IMG/VR virus record: IMGVR_UViG_3300024262_004288
Location: 1-52,182 of that record
Direction: 5' to 3' (one strand)
Source of the DNA: a virus
Taxonomy: Duplodnaviria > Caudoviricetes
DNA length: 52,182 bases
Part shown: positions 45,542 to 52,182 of the stretch, in pieces
Layout: each line of letters starts with the position of its first letter
Numbering within the stretch: position 1 is the first letter of the stretch
Program-made: the position numbers and the translations under genes
The notes under the pieces: model-generated
What the model was told of the DNA's origin: nothing
The model's input: only the letters and a program-made list of their open reading frames with translations
The model's database searches: none

Positions 45542-46219
45542 ATGATCGAAGGCAAAAAGGGCGAACTGATCGAGACAACTCGTTCCGGACTCAAGGTGGG
45601 TGGAGACATCCAATTCACTCGTAAGGACTTGGCCACCGTGGCGGTCTCGCGCTACGAAACGCAATTGATGAAGCGCCGCTCCGAGCTGGAGGCGCGGGTT
45701 CACCAGACCAATAGCAAGCGGATGCGGGCCCAGCGCGAAGCGAAGGATCTGCTCAAGACGACGGCAGATTCCCTGTTGGTGGAGGAAATGAAGAAAGCCG
45801 AAGATGCCCTGAACGCCATGGGCTTCAATATCAATACGAATCGTACGCATATCGTCAAAGATGATAAGCTGCAGGTCAACTTCGTCTTGAAGTCCGACTC
45901 CGGCGAGAATCGGAGTTACAACCAATTGTCCCTCACGCGTACCTACGATCTGCCCGAGGGATTCGCCGCATTGGAGGCCAGGATTGAGGACGCCACCAAC
46001 TACCTGCGTACCTTGGGAGAGAATATCTCCACCGTGCAGCAGGGTCTGGCAAACATGGGAGCACTGGAGCGGCGCGCCACCGCGGCACTGACTGAGGCAG
46101 TGTTGAATGAGTCGGAGGAAGGCCAGCGCCTGGCCGCGAGTCTGACCTCTTTGGATGTCGATGGCATCATTCCGAGCCTTCCCGAATTGGAAGCGCCCGG
46201 AGCTGACGACAAAGGCTGA
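45542..46219 (+). CDS. hypothetical coiled-coil protein
   Basis: AGGAG SD, GC-rich codons. Confidence 0.8.
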   Translation: MIEGKKGELIETTRSGLKVGGDIQFTRKDLATVAVSRYETQLMKRRSELEARVHQTNSKRMRAQREAKDLLKTTADSLLVEEMKKAEDALNAMGFNINTNRTHIVKDDKLQVNFVLKSDSGENRSYNQLSLTRTYDLPEGFAALEARIEDATNYLRTLGENISTVQQGLANMGALERRATAALTEAVLNESEEGQRLAASLTSLDVDGIIPSLPELEAPGADDKG

Positions 46220-47260
46220 GTGGCCAACGACACACTAAGACCTGACGTCGACCCCGAGGTGCAGCGTATACTGCATTCGGTCGGGGTCGACATCAGTGTC
46301 GGTTCAACTCCGGAAGAAGTCCCTTGGTTACCACCAAATCCGGAGGATACTAATGTAAAGGAATTAGAAAAGATTTATGATAGTAATTTGTCGGACTCCG
46401 CCCACGAACCTCATGTCAGAGAAATTTGGCGTATTAAACAGTCTATTGGTTATTATGACAGTACGAAAAGCGTACTAAGAATTATTACAACGGAAGATCC
46501 CTATAAGACATTATCTGACATGAATCCTTGTGATGTGGGTAGCTTTGTATTAAAGAGCTTCGCGAGCTACACCGTACTAGATACACCAATATTTCTGCAG
46601 ATCGATGCAGATACTATTGCCATGACAAAGCGTTTGGGTAAAGTGCTGTTGAATTCCAGACCTAATATTAACAAATGCATTAGATTGGGTCAGTATTCAG
46701 AAACACTATTCTTAAAAGAAGATACCGCTATTGTGATTCGGACTAAGACTAACAATAATAGTTACTTAGAAGTATCCTATGAGCCATCCGCATATAGTCG
46801 TACTGTCAAGTCTTTAGCAGAAAAAAGCAAGAAGAAGGTAGCCTCTGGTAATATTCCTATTAGCCTTCTGGTTACTTTGTGTAAAGGATTAAAGCCGTAC
46901 ATTGAGAATACCATCCCTGCAATGTTATTACAACATATTAGATTTATTGCCCCCGGTCGTGCTAGAGTTAGTAAATTCCAGTATATTATGGGAGCCACTA
47001 CATTAATCAAGAATCTAAATAGTCGGAAGTGCTTTTACCGTAACAAAGATTTTTGTGATTTAATTATTACTCTACAGCCATATATTAAAGGGCTTTTGGA
47101 TTATACGCCAGCATTAGATAAGACAGAGAGTCCTTGTTACGGCCAAAGACAAAAAGTAATGAGACCCGAAAGCTCAGTTGAGCGAGATAAAAGAATAGCG
47201 AAAGAGTTCGGTGAATGGCTCAAGACAGAAGTGCGCGCGGCTAGGCGCCAAAGGAGATAG
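46220..47260 (+). CDS. hypothetical protein
   Basis: 346-aa ORF abutting the previous stop. Confidence 0.7.
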   Translation: MANDTLRPDVDPEVQRILHSVGVDISVGSTPEEVPWLPPNPEDTNVKELEKIYDSNLSDSAHEPHVREIWRIKQSIGYYDSTKSVLRIITTEDPYKTLSDMNPCDVGSFVLKSFASYTVLDTPIFLQIDADTIAMTKRLGKVLLNSRPNINKCIRLGQYSETLFLKEDTAIVIRTKTNNNSYLEVSYEPSAYSRTVKSLAEKSKKKVASGNIPISLLVTLCKGLKPYIENTIPAMLLQHIRFIAPGRARVSKFQYIMGATTLIKNLNSRKCFYRNKDFCDLIITLQPYIKGLLDYTPALDKTESPCYGQRQKVMRPESSVERDKRIAKEFGEWLKTEVRAARRQRR

Positions 47261-47261
47261 T

Positions 47262-49310
47262 GTGATAACATTCAGAAGTAACAAAGATATTATCGACGGT
47301 GCTGTTGAAAAATGTGTCATCGATCTTACTGCTAGTGCGCAGGTTCTGGCCTTCAGGGATAAAGAAGGTAACCTTCAAGTAGCATCCTCGAACGAAGCTT
47401 CTTGGTGGCTTGAGGAGATTCCCGATAGCAAGTCTCCCTTCATAGCAGTCGTTCCTGAAGGAGAAGCATATCACAAGGATAACCAAGAGTGGTACTACGC
47501 CACCGACGCTTTCTATCGCAAGGGATATAACCGTGGCGAAAAAGTTCCTTGGAATTATATCAAGCTAAAGGTAACAGATTTAGTTACAAAGGAATCAGCT
47601 ATAGGTGAATTGCGATTCCATTATCCCATTCCAACAGCCCTGCAAAAGGATGGTTCGGGCATTTCCGAATTCTTTGGCAAGTCACGCCCAGTAAGCGTGA
47701 ATCTTGACTCATTGGCAGTCGTACAGCATATTGACGCGCACGGCACGTACGAACTAGGCAACGATAAGCTCTGGTTGCGCTTCTTAGAGACTCACACTAT
47801 TGAACCCATTGATAAGACTGCGTTGAAGGCTGTGGAGAAACGTAAAGACATCGCAGCAATATTGGCCAAGCTCCCAGAAGAGCCAATGCTATATGCCTGC
47901 TATAATATGCTGCATTATGGAAAGTCCTCCGGAGGAGTCAGTAATAATCAATTGATCGCTGCCATGCTCAAGCAGTGTAAGAAATATGAAGATTTGGCGG
48001 CGGCATTGAATTCAGTTATGAATCAATTGAGGACGCACAAGAAGGATGATCCCTTCCGGCATAGGGGCTATCGCGAGGCAAGGACTGGGCAAGAACTCAT
48101 TCGGGAGTTGTGTGTGGGAATGCCTGGCGCACAGGAACTAGTTGTTGCGAAAGATAAGAAGAAAAATTGGGCCAAGCTGAAGAGCAATGCCGACAAGGCT
48201 TCCATGCTGGGCATCGATGAGAAGCGCCATAAGTTGACCCATGCGGCAATCTCCGCAGGCAAGCTTCCTGCTGCTCTTTTCCACGAACCAGGCAAAGAGA
48301 ATCAGCTGGTCAATATCGAATTCGATTTGTGGGAGAAGTCACTCAAGCGCAAGGGTTGGGCTGAAGTGCTCTTCGAGATTGCCGCACGCGCAGCAACGCG
48401 TGGGACATACACCCATCGCATGAGTTCATACATGGCCTTCATGTTCAAATTGGAGAATTTTCTTCAGCGTCATACTGAAGGACGCAAGCGTTGGAAGTGT
48501 ATGCCGCGCTTCGTGCAGTCCGAATCGGAATTGTCCATGACCGACACCAATGACAATGGCACGGTCAAGGAACGATCGGCATTGACTCCGCAAGCCAACC
48601 TGGAAACACGTGTGGTTACGGTGCCTTACGCCGCGTTACGAATCTACGGTTTCGGTACTTCCTACTGCTACTCCGACCGCTTCGTCTTATTCGAAGAAGG
48701 AATGAATGATCCTGGTGACTTCACCAGTAGTACCGGGGGCGTCGTCGAACACGACTTGGCCGAGAAGCTCAACGGCCGAGATGACTATGGTTTGATGTAC
48801 TACACATTGACGGGCACGGCTCGCAACCAGGGCTACCCTACATTCCTCATCATCTTCGAACGGACGAACCGACATGGTACCAGGGTGCACTTCCACAGAG
48901 TCCATCCCAATCGTTCCAAGAATGGTAATCCTACTCCCTCTTGCCGATTGATCGAAGAGTGTTATCGATTCATGGCAGGCAACGTCCGTGCCGAGAATAT
49001 TGATGCCCAGCAGGGCGACTTGATTTTCACCAAGAAGGAAAGTTTTGGTCAGAAGGTTTCTGATCCTCGACCAGTAGCTTCCTTTGAGAGCCACGCATTT
49101 ATTCCCGTAACTGGGGTCGTCACCTTGCGGGAAAGCACCAAGAAGACGAAGGGCAATCTATTGGGTTGGATTGAGTCGGCTGCTGCCTTTATGGTGGATC
49201 ATCCCGAGCATGAGCCCCTGGAAGAAATGTCCGCGGGCATCTGGGAAATTCGTCGCTGCAAATCGTTCGAGGCCAATCCCAATGCTACTTGGTCTGGGAC
49301 GATTGATTAA
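47262..49310 (+). CDS. large hypothetical phage protein
   Basis: AAGGAG SD + GTG 47262; C-terminal QQGDL...SH...HPEH...GIWEIRR motif. Confidence 0.8.
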   Translation: MITFRSNKDIIDGAVEKCVIDLTASAQVLAFRDKEGNLQVASSNEASWWLEEIPDSKSPFIAVVPEGEAYHKDNQEWYYATDAFYRKGYNRGEKVPWNYIKLKVTDLVTKESAIGELRFHYPIPTALQKDGSGISEFFGKSRPVSVNLDSLAVVQHIDAHGTYELGNDKLWLRFLETHTIEPIDKTALKAVEKRKDIAAILAKLPEEPMLYACYNMLHYGKSSGGVSNNQLIAAMLKQCKKYEDLAAALNSVMNQLRTHKKDDPFRHRGYREARTGQELIRELCVGMPGAQELVVAKDKKKNWAKLKSNADKASMLGIDEKRHKLTHAAISAGKLPAALFHEPGKENQLVNIEFDLWEKSLKRKGWAEVLFEIAARAATRGTYTHRMSSYMAFMFKLENFLQRHTEGRKRWKCMPRFVQSESELSMTDTNDNGTVKERSALTPQANLETRVVTVPYAALRIYGFGTSYCYSDRFVLFEEGMNDPGDFTSSTGGVVEHDLAEKLNGRDDYGLMYYTLTGTARNQGYPTFLIIFERTNRHGTRVHFHRVHPNRSKNGNPTPSCRLIEECYRFMAGNVRAENIDAQQGDLIFTKKESFGQKVSDPRPVASFESHAFIPVTGVVTLRESTKKTKGNLLGWIESAAAFMVDHPEHEPLEEMSAGIWEIRRCKSFEANPNATWSGTID

Positions 49311-49597
49311 TGCCTCCGGGATTCAAAGGATACACCAATAGCGAACCACAAATGTCCTCGCGAAAGGCAGAGAGGGAAATCGCTATTATTAATGAAGGAT
49401 GTATTGTTCCATCATTAGATGTTGCGGCTTTAGTTGCTGCTTGCGAATCCTATGATGAAGGACCTGGCACCGTACTTGGCTGCGGAGGACAGGGCACCGA
49501 GGAAGCCCAGAAGATGCTCTTACAGTTTCTCGGTGTAACTATTTCATGGGATACTATTAGTGTGCTGGCCGATGCCGCGGGATACTACGACAAGTAA
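49310..49597 (+). CDS. hypothetical protein
   Basis: TAATG coupling. Confidence 0.6.
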   Translation: MPPGFKGYTNSEPQMSSRKAEREIAIINEGCIVPSLDVAALVAACESYDEGPGTVLGCGGQGTEEAQKMLLQFLGVTISWDTISVLADAAGYYDK

Positions 49598-49848
49598 TGG
49601 CAGATGATCCACAAGGTTTTCGCGTCAGGCAGGAAGCTCTGGAAGAACAACTAGACGAAGCCCGCGTCGATCTGGAAGCAGGTGAAGTCACTGTAAATAT
49701 GTTATCCCACGGAGGCGCCAATGTTATTGCACGGATTCGTGGAATAGATACCGTGCATACGGCCGTGATTGACGCCGAAGCGATGGGATTAGGGGAGTTC
49801 ACGGAAGTGGCTATCGATGGAGATGACATAGTCTTCAAAGTGAGGTAA
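49597..49848 (+). CDS. hypothetical protein
   Basis: TAATG coupling. Confidence 0.65.
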   Translation: MADDPQGFRVRQEALEEQLDEARVDLEAGEVTVNMLSHGGANVIARIRGIDTVHTAVIDAEAMGLGEFTEVAIDGDDIVFKVR

Positions 49849-49849
49849 C

Positions 49850-50104
49850 ATGCCAGACGATGGAGCAGCATTTGATAAGTTGAAGGAGTTGAAGGAACTG
49901 TTAGCTACACGCCACATTAATTCCCGTTTTCAAAATCCGGGTGAGTTAGTGGTAGATACAGGACATATTGCGACTTGGAAAGCTGATCGGGGGTTTGCGC
50001 TAACTATTCAAGATATGTTTGACTCTACTACTGAGGTTGTTGCATTCCTAGGAGACGCATGGGATGACGCCTCTGACAGGGATTGGGATGAACTAAACCC
50101 GTAA
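49850..50104 (+). CDS. hypothetical protein
   Basis: GAGG SD. Confidence 0.65.
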   Translation: MPDDGAAFDKLKELKELLATRHINSRFQNPGELVVDTGHIATWKADRGFALTIQDMFDSTTEVVAFLGDAWDDASDRDWDELNP

Positions 50105-50115
50105 AGTAAAGAGAA

Positions 50116-50188
50116 GCCGGAGTAGCTCAGTTGGCAGAGCAACTGACCTGTAATCAGTAGGCCAGGGGTTCGAACCCCCTCTCCGGCC
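50116..50188 (+). tRNA. tRNA-Thr(UGU), with C at position 33
   Basis: GCCGGAG/CTCCGGC acceptor, GCTC/GAGC D stem, ACTGA-CCTGTAA-TCAGT, AGGGG-TTCGAAC-CCCCT; no encoded CCA. Confidence 0.9.
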
Positions 50189-50200
50189 CTCTTACCAAAT

Positions 50201-50274
50201 GCCCATGTAGCTCAGCCCGGTAGAGCAGCGTACTCGTAATACGCAGGTCGCTGGTTCGATTCCAGTCATGGGCC
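50201..50274 (+). tRNA. tRNA-Thr(CGU)
   Basis: GCCCATG/CATGGGC acceptor, GCGTA-CTCGTAA-TACGC, GCTGG-TTCGATT-CCAGT. Confidence 0.95.
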
Positions 50275-50291
50275 CAGTCTTAGGAGTCTTA

Positions 50292-50573
50292 GTGCAAGCA
50301 TCAGAGTATGATGACATTCAGGATCAGTATGAGCAGCTACTACGTGACGGAAAACTCGTCACGCGCCAAACATTACATTTAGTCATGTATCCCGGAGATA
50401 TCGATGGTAACGATTTTATTACCACCGATCTGACTACTATTGCTCCCCACACTCCTGTGACCTTTCACCTCAAGAGCCGAGGAGTTCTTTTGGTGAAATT
50501 CTCAGACGAAATTGCAGCACTACAAAACGATGCAGATCTATCCGATCTATTTCAGGAGAAGAAAGATGCTTAA
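50292..50573 (+). CDS. hypothetical protein
   Basis: AGGAG SD + GTG 50292; the track start at 50268 lies inside the tRNA. Confidence 0.65.
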   Translation: MQASEYDDIQDQYEQLLRDGKLVTRQTLHLVMYPGDIDGNDFITTDLTTIAPHTPVTFHLKSRGVLLVKFSDEIAALQNDADLSDLFQEKKDA

Positions 50574-52104
50574 CAAGAATGACGCTATTATCAAAGCCGT
50601 CAAGGCTTTGCATTTCGATGATTTATATCTGCACGACAGGGTCAAGGCATTTGGGTTGCATCCCAACATGCTGACATACGAAGTGATGTTACTGGGTGAG
50701 GCCGGGGGCTATTCTCCTCGTGCGCAGCTTTGGAACATCAAGGGAATCCGCATGGACCGCGCGGAGCCTCAAACGGTTACTTCCGTCTTGGCCCGGAACG
50801 TGCCGGGCCCAGGTTACACTCATTACGAAAAGCATGGAATTTGGACGAAGGCATTGCCCTTCAATGGAGACACTGAAGACGAGCGTCGAATGATCGATGC
50901 TGCAACGTTGTTGGGGGCTGTTGCGTCAACGATGCAGAACTTCGACAACGTCGAAGATCCTTTCAATCAAGGCAATACATTAACTGGCAGTCTTTGTCGG
51001 CAAGGAGACTTCCGTTACGGTGCGTTGGTCATCACGGCCGTCAATGGTGCCGCAGTGCCGCCACAGGTTATCTATGGCACGACAAAACTAGCCTATCCCT
51101 TTACCACTTCTTCGAAGGGTGAAGAGAATCGCGATTACCAACGATTCCCAGCAAAGGTCATCTCGGTGCATGCATACGAGAAGTTGGATGGTACCAACAT
51201 CCTCCAGTATTCGTATACGGACGTGCTTGGCCGGCGTTACGTAACTTACAAGACACGGCTCTCTCCTGTGCTACAGGAGAGTCGCTTCGGAAACTTCATT
51301 GCTCTTTGGAAAGAGATGCTGGAAAAGTATCCCGAGATTGATGTAAATCCAATTGTACGATCCGGAGAATATACTTGCTCGTACGAATTGTACGGTGCTC
51401 GTAATCATCATACTATTCTTTACGAGGATGACCTTGAGACCCGATTGCTCTTCGCTGTCCGTCAGGAAGATGCTAAGTTAACTACTCCTGCTGATATCAT
51501 GCAGAACATTGGAGTTCCCAAATTACAGATTCTGGAAACATGTCGAAATGCAGATGACCTATTGGCACTATACGAAAGACTCCGATTAGAATCCAATGAG
51601 ACCAACCGTAAGGTCAATGCCCAGCGAGATGATCCCAAGGCAGAGGGTGATGCCTACGTTATTGGCACCGAGGGTTACGTCTTTTACGTACTAGGCACCA
51701 ACAAGGATGACGACCTACCCAAGTGGTATCCCTTCAAGTGCAAGCCCGAGATGATCGAGGCGATGCATTGGACGACATCCTCAATTCCTGAGTCAATTAT
51801 TCTACCCACCATTCGTAACTCCTTCGAGCATTTGGATATTCCTACTGTCGATGACATCAAGGAGATGTTGGCAGAAGAGTTTACAACTCAGCAGATTGCC
51901 AAATCTGAGATTCGCATTGGGCATTGCCTCCAAATTGTTCTGGAGCAGCGGACTTTCCAAGTGAGGCTACGGGAATTATTTGAGGACATTGAGGACAAAT
52001 CAAATACGGGTTCGATTATGCGCGCACTTTCTCAGCATTTGCCCCGAGAGAAAATGAATTCTGCCTTTACTGCTCTAGAGAAGATGGGATTGGTGAAACG
52101 CTGA
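50566..52104 (+). CDS. RNA ligase (covalent nucleotidyltransferase superfamily)
   Basis: YEKLDGTNI motif I, YKTR, YELYG, LLFAV, EGYVF, FKCK; AGGAG SD before ATG 50566. Confidence 0.75.
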   Translation: MLNKNDAIIKAVKALHFDDLYLHDRVKAFGLHPNMLTYEVMLLGEAGGYSPRAQLWNIKGIRMDRAEPQTVTSVLARNVPGPGYTHYEKHGIWTKALPFNGDTEDERRMIDAATLLGAVASTMQNFDNVEDPFNQGNTLTGSLCRQGDFRYGALVITAVNGAAVPPQVIYGTTKLAYPFTTSSKGEENRDYQRFPAKVISVHAYEKLDGTNILQYSYTDVLGRRYVTYKTRLSPVLQESRFGNFIALWKEMLEKYPEIDVNPIVRSGEYTCSYELYGARNHHTILYEDDLETRLLFAVRQEDAKLTTPADIMQNIGVPKLQILETCRNADDLLALYERLRLESNETNRKVNAQRDDPKAEGDAYVIGTEGYVFYVLGTNKDDDLPKWYPFKCKPEMIEAMHWTTSSIPESIILPTIRNSFEHLDIPTVDDIKEMLAEEFTTQQIAKSEIRIGHCLQIVLEQRTFQVRLRELFEDIEDKSNTGSIMRALSQHLPREKMNSAFTALEKMGLVKR

Positions 52105-52182
52105 TGGAAATAGTCGAGGGTTAAGCGTGGCTATCTGGGAATAGGGTAGCCGAGACACTTGCGATGAATACTTATTAGTTGA

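Noticed and set aside
50268-50291. ORF start at 50268
   Set aside because: Lies inside the tRNA-Thr(CGU) acceptor stem; SD+GTG at 50292 fits better
1-52182. Stop-codon reassignment
   Set aside because: Conserved genes are full length in code 11; TAA, TAG and TGA all terminate genes; no suppressor tRNA seen
52105-52182. Possible tRNA or ncRNA start after the RNA ligase (GGCTATCT/GGGTAGCC hairpin)
   Set aside because: No cloverleaf or T-loop visible before the window ends; cannot be classified

Overview
Almost entirely plus-strand, gene-dense segment of a large (jumbo-type) dsDNA phage genome. It encodes a bacterial-style replication and repair set: TOPRIM primase, DnaB, DnaX, gp32-like SSB, TopA, RecA, SbcCD, 5'-3' exonuclease, two ATP-dependent DNA ligases, Fpg, a Cas4-like nuclease and an HNH nuclease. 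It also has a sigma70-like factor with an apparently eroded region 4, a MoxR/VWA pair, two tRNA-Thr genes and an RNA ligase. Two candidate novel systems stand out. (1) A non-coding RNA island at about 22.35-25.7 kb: twin promoter+long-hairpin units, a ~560-nt densely folded RNA I cannot assign to a known family, and pseudoknotted elements flanking one coiled-coil gene. A further structured RNA is hidden inside an ORF at 32.0-32.3 kb, and the phage carries its own Hfq-like and KhpA-like RNA-binding proteins. (2) A dispersed 7-deazaguanine pathway (TGT/DpdA-like, FolE, divergent QueC), with QueC directly followed by a DUF2156/FemABX-like, probably aminoacyl-tRNA-dependent transferase, which suggests a new base hypermodification. 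All calls come from motif recognition and manual base-pairing; no database searches or folding programs were run.
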